From a virus, in IMG/VR virus record IMGVR_UViG_3300034375_010798: a stretch of DNA of 64,000 nucleotides; one strand, written 5' to 3'. A program made the position numbers and the translations under genes. A model generated the notes under the pieces. It had not been told where the DNA came from. It searched no databases and saw only the letters and a list, made by a program, of their open reading frames with translations. This document shows positions 55,756-64,000 of this stretch, piece by piece; the stretch's first letter is position 1, and every line of letters begins with the position of its first letter.

Positions 55756-57280
55756 ATCTATAGTAAATACATTAAACTCAGATGCCGAATTTAATTCTAG
55801 AATATTAGATAAATCCGATTATATAGGCGAAAAAATTATAAAAAGAGGTATTGTTATAGATGTAAACACATTTAATTCTAAAAATAGTATTAATATCAAT
55901 AAAGTTCCTATGTATAGTGTAAAGGCTTCTATTATAGGTGAAGACATAGATGTTAACTCAAGTTTTTTCAATAATGAAATAAAAAATTTAACTCAAATAA
56001 ACATTAATGATTATAAGTGGTATCCTCCGTTAACTTCATTACATAACATAAGTATACCAGAACTTGGAGAAGAAATATTACTAATAAATGAACCATTTAC
56101 AGATAAAACATATTGGATATCAAGAGTTCCAGAAACAAACTATGTTAGTAGATATTTAGCCAGAGAAGATTATAATACTAATAACAAAAGTAAATATGGG
56201 TTTAGTTTTGATGTTGAGGAAGTTTCAAGATTTAGATCAGATCTTCAGCCATCTATAGATGAAAAAAGAATAAAAAACAAAGCAAAGGCAAGATATTTTA
56301 CAATCCCCGCGAAATTTGGGGATGTTATAAATCAAGGAAGAAGTGGTAGTTTTATAAGACACTCCTTTAATAGTGAAACAGAAGAAAAAACAGCTTTTTT
56401 AGAAATAGGAATATTAAACTCTAATAACATAAGCTATCATAATAAAAATTTTATTAACACTATTGGGGAAACAAGAACTAAAACTGTTCATTATAGGGGT
56501 AATATAAACTCTGTTTATCCCAATATTAAGAAAAAAACAAACTTTAACAAAAAAATTATTGGCCCTTTTCAAGACGGATCTTATCAGTTAGTTCCTGTTA
56601 GAAGTGATTTTAAAGCTAAAAATATAATACTAAATAAAGCTGATGAAATTTATAATATATCTTTTTTTGATAATGATGGCGATAATTACATATATAGAAA
56701 TGTTTTAGGGGAAAAGTTAGAAGATTATCAACAAGGAGTTAATAATCAAATAATAGATATGTTAGAAGTTGTGAGAAATATGAATGAAACATTGCAAGAT
56801 ATTATGGAAATGTTTTTAAATCACACACATGACTTACCCGAAATAAACATACAAATACCAGACAAGGAAGTATCATTTAAAGAAAAGGTTAGATTACCCG
56901 GTAAGTTAGTAACTGGTAGACCAAGACAGGTAAAGATTGACGGCGTTCCGGTAAAGAAAACCATTAACACTCCAGTCGGCCCAAAAGAAGTTACAGAGAT
57001 AGTTGGTGGTAAAACTATAACTGTTCCCGGACCTTCAAGGTTGTTAGCTGGTAGAATTAAAACGGTCACTAGAAAGAAAACTATTTCTTATGATAAGATA
57101 GTTATTGGTGGAGAGAAAAACAGAAGAGTTACTACTTCACCAGAAACAAACGAAGAAACAGATAATATATATAAAGATATTTTTAAATATTATGATGATA
57201 TAAAAGAACAAAATGATAAGTTCAATTTATTATCAAGAAAAACTTTTGAATTCTTAAGCAAACATAATTTTATAAATTAA
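55748..57280 (+). CDS. Baseplate central spike protein (gp5/gpV-like)
   Basis: 510 aa; OB-fold motif PPL...SIPELGEEILLI; GDVINQGRSGSFIR; VLGEKL; apex HxH (NHTH); directly before the gp25-like gene. Confidence 0.7.
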   Translation: MSKSIVNTLNSDAEFNSRILDKSDYIGEKIIKRGIVIDVNTFNSKNSININKVPMYSVKASIIGEDIDVNSSFFNNEIKNLTQININDYKWYPPLTSLHNISIPELGEEILLINEPFTDKTYWISRVPETNYVSRYLAREDYNTNNKSKYGFSFDVEEVSRFRSDLQPSIDEKRIKNKAKARYFTIPAKFGDVINQGRSGSFIRHSFNSETEEKTAFLEIGILNSNNISYHNKNFINTIGETRTKTVHYRGNINSVYPNIKKKTNFNKKIIGPFQDGSYQLVPVRSDFKAKNIILNKADEIYNISFFDNDGDNYIYRNVLGEKLEDYQQGVNNQIIDMLEVVRNMNETLQDIMEMFLNHTHDLPEINIQIPDKEVSFKEKVRLPGKLVTGRPRQVKIDGVPVKKTINTPVGPKEVTEIVGGKTITVPGPSRLLAGRIKTVTRKKTISYDKIVIGGEKNRRVTTSPETNEETDNIYKDIFKYYDDIKEQNDKFNLLSRKTFEFLSKHNFIN

Positions 57281-57289
57281 GGAAAATAA

Positions 57290-57889
57290 ATGAATATTAT
57301 AAAATTTCCTATTAAAGATTTAAAGTGGGATACTCATAAAGAAACAAAGTTTGCTGCAAGAGAACTTATGAGAGCCATATTGTTAACATCTCCTTATGAA
57401 AGACTTATGATGGCAGAAGGTGATATACCAGCAGTTAATTTGCTAAGTATAGGTGAAAATTATTTATTTGAACCTATGACGATAGAGCAATTGCAATTAA
57501 GAATAAAAAGTGATATTGATAAAGCTGTGACTATTAACAACCAAGATAATCAAGCAGCTTTCTTTTATGTTATTGACGATTTTCAAATTTACAATAAAGA
57601 AAGAACAATAAATGAAAGTTTAGGTTTTGTAATTGAAGATGAAAACCAAATATTGTTAAAGATTAACTATTCTTTTTCAACAACTCAGTTTTATGATGAA
57701 GGTATAATTAAGGATTTAAATGATAACAATCAGAGAACAGAGTATATTGGAGACTCACTTGTTGAAAGAAATAAAAAATTAGAAGATAAATTTAAGAATA
57801 GCTTAACAAATAGAAATGGTATAAACAATTCTGGTTCTTTGGTTATACAGGATGAAATTAACTTTACAATAAATGATATTACAATTTAA
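57290..57889 (+). CDS. Baseplate wedge protein, gp25-like (sheath initiator)
   Basis: 199 aa; IKFPI, ILLTSPYERLM and YLFEP match the gp25/GPW pattern; lies between spike and gp6-like gene. Confidence 0.75.
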   Translation: MNIIKFPIKDLKWDTHKETKFAARELMRAILLTSPYERLMMAEGDIPAVNLLSIGENYLFEPMTIEQLQLRIKSDIDKAVTINNQDNQAAFFYVIDDFQIYNKERTINESLGFVIEDENQILLKINYSFSTTQFYDEGIIKDLNDNNQRTEYIGDSLVERNKKLEDKFKNSLTNRNGINNSGSLVIQDEINFTINDITI

Positions 57890-57903
57890 TATAGAGAAAA
57901 AAG

Positions 57904-59706
57904 ATGACAGAAGCGGTTGATAAAGAGATAAGAGATATTGATTATATCTCCAAAGATTTTAATGGATATAAAACAGATCTTATTGATTTCTTAAAAAAAT
58001 ATTTTCCAGATACATGGCAAGATTTTAGTCAAGTTTCTGGAGGTATGGCTTTATTAGAGATGGTTGCCTATGTTGGTGACAGTTTATCTTTTTTGATGGA
58101 TAGACAAATTAATGAAGGGTTTATAGATAGAGCTATTGAACCAGCTAATGTATACAGTTTAGCACAAAATATGGGATATAAACCAAAGTTTTCTACCCCA
58201 GCTACAACCATAATATCTTTGTCAGCAACATTTTTTGATAGTTCATCTGCAGACTCAATGTTTAAGTTAAACAAACAATCTGTAGTATCATCAGAAAACT
58301 TTATTGACTTTGAGTTAACACAAGATGTGGATTTTTCTGATGACACAAATAGATTAACTATAAGAAACGAGGCTGAAAGTAAAACAACATATGTAAAAAA
58401 TGTTGTAGTAGTTGCTGGTAAAACTAAATCTTTTCAATATACTGTTGGTAGCCCAAGTCCGTTTTTAAAAATAAAATTACCAGATGTTGATATATCAGAA
58501 ATTTTGAGTGTTGTTGATTCTGATGGTGGCGAATGGATTGAGGTTGATAGTTTAGCCAGACAAAGCGTTTTTTATGGAGATGTTAATAGTGATGCATCAA
58601 CATCTGCAGAAACTGAATTTGTTTTAAAACAAAAAAAAGTATATAACAAGTATATAACTGAAAAATCATCTGATGGTAGTATTTATTTGATTTTTGGCAA
58701 TGGTTTTAATTCAAGTGAAGATTCAGAAATTATACCAAACCCAGAGAATTTTGTTTTACCAATTAATTTAAGAGGGTCTGTTTCTGCCTTTACCCCTACC
58801 GCAATTAACTCTGCTAGTTTTTTAAATACTACAACACTAGGTTCTGCCCCCAAAAATACTGTTTTAAATATTTCATATAGGGTGGGTGGAGGATCTAACA
58901 CTAATGTTCCTGTTAATACCATTAATAGAATAAATAATAAAAATATAACTTTTAATGATCAAGTATTTGAGTCAAACAATCCTTCTATAGCTAGTTATGT
59001 TGTTAATAGTTTATTGGTTAAAAACTCAATAGATGCTAGTGGTGGTGCAGATCCTGAAAGTTTGGAAGATATTAAACACAACTCTATAAACAATATTAAT
59101 TCACAATATAGGTGTGTTACATTAAATGACTATATAGCTAGGGTTTTATCTTTACCATCACAGTATGGAAATATATTTAGAACAACTGCAAGAAAAAATC
59201 CAAACAACAATAATGGAGTTCAATTATATGTTGTTGGGTTGGATGAAAATCAAAACTTGAAGAATGTAAATAATATAGTTAAAAACAACATAGAGACATA
59301 TTTAAAAGAGTTTAAAACATTTTCTGACAACATATTGATAACTAATGGTAGTATAGTAAATATAAGAGTTTCATTCAGTATTATAAAAAATGGAACATAT
59401 GGTATTAATGAAACATTATTAGAAGCTTTTGAAATATTGAAAGATAGATTTTTTTATAAGAATATAAGATTTGGTGACACTATTGTAGTAAGTGATATTA
59501 TATCCGTTTTACAAAATTCACCTAAGATATTGTCTGTTTCTAATATTAATATATACTCTGTTAATGGTAATATCTCTGGAAATGATTATGTTTCTAGTGG
59601 TATTAATATAGAACAATATAACAACAATGGCGTAATAACACTACCACAAAATGTGGTTTGGGAGGTAAAATATCCAAATAAAGACATAATAGGAACGGTT
59701 GTTTAA
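57904..59706 (+). CDS. Baseplate wedge subunit, T4 gp6 / baseplate-J-like
   Basis: 600 aa; DYISKDF...LIDFLK, LLEMVAYVGD, LAQNMGYKP, FGNG, YRVGGG, GGADPES, Q.RCVTLNDY. Confidence 0.92.
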   Translation: MTEAVDKEIRDIDYISKDFNGYKTDLIDFLKKYFPDTWQDFSQVSGGMALLEMVAYVGDSLSFLMDRQINEGFIDRAIEPANVYSLAQNMGYKPKFSTPATTIISLSATFFDSSSADSMFKLNKQSVVSSENFIDFELTQDVDFSDDTNRLTIRNEAESKTTYVKNVVVVAGKTKSFQYTVGSPSPFLKIKLPDVDISEILSVVDSDGGEWIEVDSLARQSVFYGDVNSDASTSAETEFVLKQKKVYNKYITEKSSDGSIYLIFGNGFNSSEDSEIIPNPENFVLPINLRGSVSAFTPTAINSASFLNTTTLGSAPKNTVLNISYRVGGGSNTNVPVNTINRINNKNITFNDQVFESNNPSIASYVVNSLLVKNSIDASGGADPESLEDIKHNSINNINSQYRCVTLNDYIARVLSLPSQYGNIFRTTARKNPNNNNGVQLYVVGLDENQNLKNVNNIVKNNIETYLKEFKTFSDNILITNGSIVNIRVSFSIIKNGTYGINETLLEAFEILKDRFFYKNIRFGDTIVVSDIISVLQNSPKILSVSNINIYSVNGNISGNDYVSSGINIEQYNNNGVITLPQNVVWEVKYPNKDIIGTVV

Positions 59707-59972
59707 TGAATAGAAGAAAAAGAATACCAAGAAATCAAAAGTTTTCTAAAGCTAGTAAAAGATGTGAAATATGTGGTGAGTCAAAAGCTGTGGATAATCA
59801 CCATATAACACATAAGTCAGAGGGTGGATCTGATTATGGATTAAATAGAGTGTGGTTATGCCCTAATCATCACAGAATGGCCCATAATGGATATTTATTA
59901 ATAAAAGGTTGGGATGACTACGGATATAAATTAAAACTTAATTATGAAATTAGAGAAAATAAATGTCAATAG
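59706..59972 (+). CDS. Free-standing HNH endonuclease
   Basis: 88 aa; CEIC...HHI..KSEGG...N...LCPNHH...H. Confidence 0.85.
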   Translation: MNRRKRIPRNQKFSKASKRCEICGESKAVDNHHITHKSEGGSDYGLNRVWLCPNHHRMAHNGYLLIKGWDDYGYKLKLNYEIRENKCQ

Positions 59973-61426
59973 TAAGAGCATATGCAGACAAAGACACTTG
60001 GATTACCGACTCTGCCGTTAGTGCTAATTTTGGTTTATCTCCAATATTAGAGGTTTGGAACAAGTATAGCAATGAAAAAGAAAAAAAGGAATATGCAAGA
60101 ATATTAATAAAATTTGATTTAGATGAGTTAAAAGAAGAAATATCAGTTAATAAGAATTATCCAGATCCAAGAGACTCTTCTACTGTTTCAGCATTTATAA
60201 GAATGAATAATGTTACTCACGGAGAAGAACAAGCTAGTGATTTTGACATATATGCCTTTCCACTAAGCGCCACATGGATTGAAGGTAAGGGTCTTGATAA
60301 TGATCTTAAAACAAACACTGGTTATGCAAATGCTCTTTATGCTGATAACATCAATCTTTGGACAGATTTAGGTGCTTTAAGTGGGGGTGAAGCTTATAAG
60401 GGGGCTTTTGATGCAATATATGACTCTAACTCAGCTATTCAATCATTTGTTCATGGTGAAGAAGATTTAAAATTAGATGTTACTGAGTGGTTTAAAGATT
60501 ATTTGGATGGATTAAGTTCTAATTATGGGTTTATGATTAGAATGGGTGATAAAGAAGAAGCTCAAACTGATGCTGAGGCAGCAGCTGCTGGAGTTAATAC
60601 TTCTGTAACGGGTGTTAGTTATTTTACTAAAAAGTTTTATGGAAGAGAGACAAACACAAATAGAAGACCATATTTAGAACTTACATGGCCAGAGACAATA
60701 AAAGACGATAGAAAAACATTATACTTTTCTAGATCTGCAGATTTATTTTATTACAATATTGTTGACGGTGTTTTGGAAGATTTAGATGGAACAGGAAAGT
60801 TTCCCGGATTTGTTACATTACAAGCTGATGGTGTTAATATAGCTCCTATATCACTAACAGCAGGTAGATTTTCTAAGGGTATATATAAACTAAATATAGG
60901 AACAGCAACTGATGATTTGGGTAATGCGTTAACTGGTGTTAATATATCTTTAAGCTCCGCTACTAATTTTACTGACACATGGAGTGTAACATCGGCTGGA
61001 TATGAGTCATCTTATACTTTTAATTTTGAGCCTAAACTACCCTCTATAGGTAATGATAATTTTACTACATCAAACTTGATTGTCAACTTGGTTAATCAAA
61101 AAAGCGAATATGATTATGGAAGTGTAGCTAATATAAGAGTTTTTATTAAAGACAAAACACAAGTTTTACAATCCACAACAGCTACAAAAACATTTATTGA
61201 TAGTTTTATTGTTAAAAATGGAATGTATGAGATAAGAGAAAAATCCACTGATTATGTGGAGATTTCAGAAGATAGCTTATCATATGATAAAGATGGAAAC
61301 TTCTTTGAGATAAACACTAACAATCTTTATCCTAATGTAGAATATAAGATTGTTTTAAAACTAAAAGTTAGAAATGAAACTATTATAATAGACAAACCAG
61401 ATTTGTGGAACTTTACTGTTTTATAA
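59963..61426 (+). CDS. Baseplate-associated structural protein (DNRLRE-like N-terminal domain)
   Basis: 487 aa; ADKDTWI...NFG...LEV...RILIKFD...WIEG.G...LDVT...NYGFMI...FYGRET...PYLELTW; Ig-like C-terminus; follows the gp6-like gene. Confidence 0.6.
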   Translation: MSIVRAYADKDTWITDSAVSANFGLSPILEVWNKYSNEKEKKEYARILIKFDLDELKEEISVNKNYPDPRDSSTVSAFIRMNNVTHGEEQASDFDIYAFPLSATWIEGKGLDNDLKTNTGYANALYADNINLWTDLGALSGGEAYKGAFDAIYDSNSAIQSFVHGEEDLKLDVTEWFKDYLDGLSSNYGFMIRMGDKEEAQTDAEAAAAGVNTSVTGVSYFTKKFYGRETNTNRRPYLELTWPETIKDDRKTLYFSRSADLFYYNIVDGVLEDLDGTGKFPGFVTLQADGVNIAPISLTAGRFSKGIYKLNIGTATDDLGNALTGVNISLSSATNFTDTWSVTSAGYESSYTFNFEPKLPSIGNDNFTTSNLIVNLVNQKSEYDYGSVANIRVFIKDKTQVLQSTTATKTFIDSFIVKNGMYEIREKSTDYVEISEDSLSYDKDGNFFEINTNNLYPNVEYKIVLKLKVRNETIIIDKPDLWNFTVL

Positions 61427-61436
61427 GGGGTAAAAA

Positions 61437-64000
61437 ATGGCTGACGGCTATACATACGAAAGTTTATTATCTTCTTTAGAGAGTGCTGGAAGTATTTCTG
61501 GTGATTTACTAGAAACTTCATTTACAGCAGATACAAACAGAGCTATTCCTCTTATAGATTATGGTAGATTCTCAAAACATACTTTCTTTGGTGATATAAG
61601 AAGAAAGACAGAAAGAAACTTTAATAAAATAATAACTGAATACCCTATTGGTTTGAGTGGGGCTTCAGTGGCTGCATTAACAGAATCAGATATATTGGCT
61701 GTTGATAAGTTTTACAAAGAAGCTGATGGTTACACTAGATGGTTATTGAATGAGTTGGGTAAAGATGTAGCCTTTACTGGAACAGAAAAATCAATAACTG
61801 CAAATGCTGTTAATAATAATCAAGAAAATGTTACATTAATTCATTTACATAGAGATTCTGATAATTCTGTAACTGGTGATCAGTTAGATAATATAAATGC
61901 AATATATGAAAGAATAGAATTATACGAAGATTTTAATAAAGAAATAGAATATTTAGATGCTGGAACTTTATCATATTTTGGAGTCACTGGTGGTGAAGGT
62001 AATTATGCTAATTATTCTACTCGTATAACCGAAGAAGTTCCAGCCTCTGCAGAGGTTGATGTTATTCAAAACTTCAAGTTGGAAAATCTTATACCAAGAT
62101 ATTTGTTTTTAGGTGATGATACAGAATTCTTAAAAAGTTTTCTTACAGCATTGTCTGAATCTTTTGATGAATATAAATTATATATAGAAAACATACCAAA
62201 CTTAAAAAAGATTTCATACGATAGCGTTGATAGAGTTCCAGATAGATTCATACCTGTTTTAGCTAAAGATTATGGTGTTAATTTATATGAAACATCTGCA
62301 GATATTGATATAAAACAAGAACTATTTAATTCTTCATCTGCTGGATATACTAGTAAAGAGGTAACAAGTAAGGTATGGAATAGAATATTAAACAATATCC
62401 CACACTTATTAAAATCAAAAGGTGCAAGAGAAAGTTTAGAAGCTATTTGTAGAATATATGGAATTAAAAACAATTTCTTAAAAATTAATGAACACTCAAT
62501 TTTTAGAACAAAAGTTAAAAAAACAGAACAAGAGTTAGTAGATTTTATAGCTTTATATTCTGATGGAACGAATTATGTTCAAACATCAGTTGGAGCTACA
62601 GAAACTAGTTCTTTGGCTTTTGATTTTGCGGCTGGGCAAGACTTTACCATACAAACTGTTGTATCTGCAACAGCGGCACAATCTCACACATTGGTTGAAC
62701 ACCCACTATATAATATAACATTAAGTGATGTAGGTGTTTTAACATTTAATTCAGTAACAACACCAACTGTAACAGTATCCACCCCAGAGGGGTCTATTTC
62801 ATCCCATATACAAGCCTTAGATAATTTTACTAATATAACTGTATCAAGAAGTGGTGATACCTTAAACGCTTATTTAACCACCCTCTCAGCTAGTCCTACT
62901 GGTGGTAATGATATTGTAGAGGTTGTTAGTGGTTCTTACAGTGATGTATCGGTTGGAACTGAAAGTTATGACTCAACAGGTGGAACTGTTGGTGGCTCTA
63001 CAAAATTTCCTTCTCCAAATAACTTTATTGGTTATATGCATGAAGTAAGAACATGGGATATAGCATTAGAAGAAGAAGACATAAAAGAACATACGAGAAA
63101 CTTTCAATCAATATCAATTGAAAATACAAAAATAAACAATCAAAGTGCCACATATAATAATTTGAAGTCTCACTTCAAACTAAGAGAAGATATAATTCTT
63201 GGTGGTGATTATAATTTTATTGTAAACTCTGCAAAAAGTAATTATCATGCTGAACCTGTGGGGTTTGGAACAACAGAGAAAAAATATAGACACTTTTCCG
63301 ATAGAAAAAGAATTGTTAGTAGTTATCCATTAGGTTTCTCTATTAACAATGATAAAATAAGAACATCAGAAGAAAATATTGAAGAAGAAGATGTTGGTTA
63401 TATTAGCTTCTCTATGAGTCCAACAAACGCAGTAAATAGAGAAATATACAATAGTATACAAGATTTTAATGTGTTTGATCTTTTAGGAGATCCTTCTGTA
63501 TTAACAAAGAACTCATATTTTGGAACAGACATAAATAATAAATGGAATGAAATTTCAGAACAATGGAATTTATCTAAAAACGAAACATTTGATCCAGATC
63601 CATTAAACAATGCATTACTTAAAAGTGGTGGATCTGTTTTGACGGTAACTGGTGTTAGTGGGTCTAGCGTTGGATTAATGAACAATAACGCATTTGTTAA
63701 ATCAATGAATAATTTCAATGATACATTTGGAAGTATATTTCCATTCTCAGAACAATTTATACCAGCAAAAACAAATGTTATTTCAAAAGGTTTATTTATT
63801 GAATCACCTTTATTAGAGAGACATAAAACAAAAAGAGTGTTTGGTAGAAGATGGAATTCTTTGGCTGAGGTCTTGGCTGAGAACGAACAATATCAATTAA
63901 CAGCAGATGGAAATATTATATCATATGATAATGATAAGCAAACTAACAATGCTGTTCCTACGGTGTTATCGTTAAATGAACTTGAATTTGTTTTAAATAA
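61437..64000 (+). CDS. Large baseplate wedge/tail protein (partial, runs off the window; not in the ORF track)
   Basis: ATG at 61437 with upstream AAGGGG; the same frame is open at the window end; WNRILNNIPHLLKSKGARESLEAICRIYGI motif of gp7/tail-protein-I-like wedges; LamG-like FIGYMHEVRTW further on. Confidence 0.7.
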   Translation, partial: MADGYTYESLLSSLESAGSISGDLLETSFTADTNRAIPLIDYGRFSKHTFFGDIRRKTERNFNKIITEYPIGLSGASVAALTESDILAVDKFYKEADGYTRWLLNELGKDVAFTGTEKSITANAVNNNQENVTLIHLHRDSDNSVTGDQLDNINAIYERIELYEDFNKEIEYLDAGTLSYFGVTGGEGNYANYSTRITEEVPASAEVDVIQNFKLENLIPRYLFLGDDTEFLKSFLTALSESFDEYKLYIENIPNLKKISYDSVDRVPDRFIPVLAKDYGVNLYETSADIDIKQELFNSSSAGYTSKEVTSKVWNRILNNIPHLLKSKGARESLEAICRIYGIKNNFLKINEHSIFRTKVKKTEQELVDFIALYSDGTNYVQTSVGATETSSLAFDFAAGQDFTIQTVVSATAAQSHTLVEHPLYNITLSDVGVLTFNSVTTPTVTVSTPEGSISSHIQALDNFTNITVSRSGDTLNAYLTTLSASPTGGNDIVEVVSGSYSDVSVGTESYDSTGGTVGGSTKFPSPNNFIGYMHEVRTWDIALEEEDIKEHTRNFQSISIENTKINNQSATYNNLKSHFKLREDIILGGDYNFIVNSAKSNYHAEPVGFGTTEKKYRHFSDRKRIVSSYPLGFSINNDKIRTSEENIEEEDVGYISFSMSPTNAVNREIYNSIQDFNVFDLLGDPSVLTKNSYFGTDINNKWNEISEQWNLSKNETFDPDPLNNALLKSGGSVLTVTGVSGSSVGLMNNNAFVKSMNNFNDTFGSIFPFSEQFIPAKTNVISKGLFIESPLLERHKTKRVFGRRWNSLAEVLAENEQYQLTADGNIISYDNDKQTNNAVPTVLSLNELEFVLN

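Noticed and set aside
38077-59706. Bacterial contractile injection system or tailocin rather than a phage
   Set aside because: Very long tape measure, phage sigma factor, HNH, T4-like wedge proteins, eight fibres and no host genes fit a large phage; capsid genes presumably lie outside the window
1-64000. tRNA, rRNA, introns, inteins, integrase or transposase
   Set aside because: Intergenic gaps are short and AT-rich with no cloverleaf or conserved RNA motifs; no splicing or recombinase motifs recognised in the proteins

Overview
This window is a continuous, AT-rich, all-plus-strand late (virion) region of a large contractile-tailed dsDNA phage (myovirus). In order it holds: a neck/tail-completion gene; about 32 kb of fibre/receptor-binding genes (eight fibre-type genes, plus a holin-like gene, an adaptor and a chaperone); a four-gene sugar-modification cassette (GT9 heptosyltransferase-like, NodU/CmcH carbamoyltransferase, deoxyhypusine-synthase-fold protein, HldE/PfkB kinase); tail sheath; tail tube; a tail assembly chaperone with a probable programmed frameshift; tape measure; baseplate genes; a gp55-like late sigma factor; and a small HNH. 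Four signals stand out. (1) The fibres are built from in-frame DNA cassettes joined at a recurring GGCATAGG(A/C)ACG..GCC motif (G-I-G-T-x-x-P). Some GC-richer cassettes are flanked by exact direct repeats, and one cassette is shared between two genes. (2) Native fibre segments carry patches where Cys replaces ordinary surface residues, next to a heptose/carbamoyl modification cassette; this suggests a phage-encoded fibre-decoration system. (3) One fibre-like protein has a Sec signal peptide. (4) GTAC and CCWGG appear strongly avoided. All product calls come from motif recognition by eye and gene order, all counts are manual, and no database search was run. I found no tRNA, rRNA, CRISPR array, integrase or reverse transcriptase.
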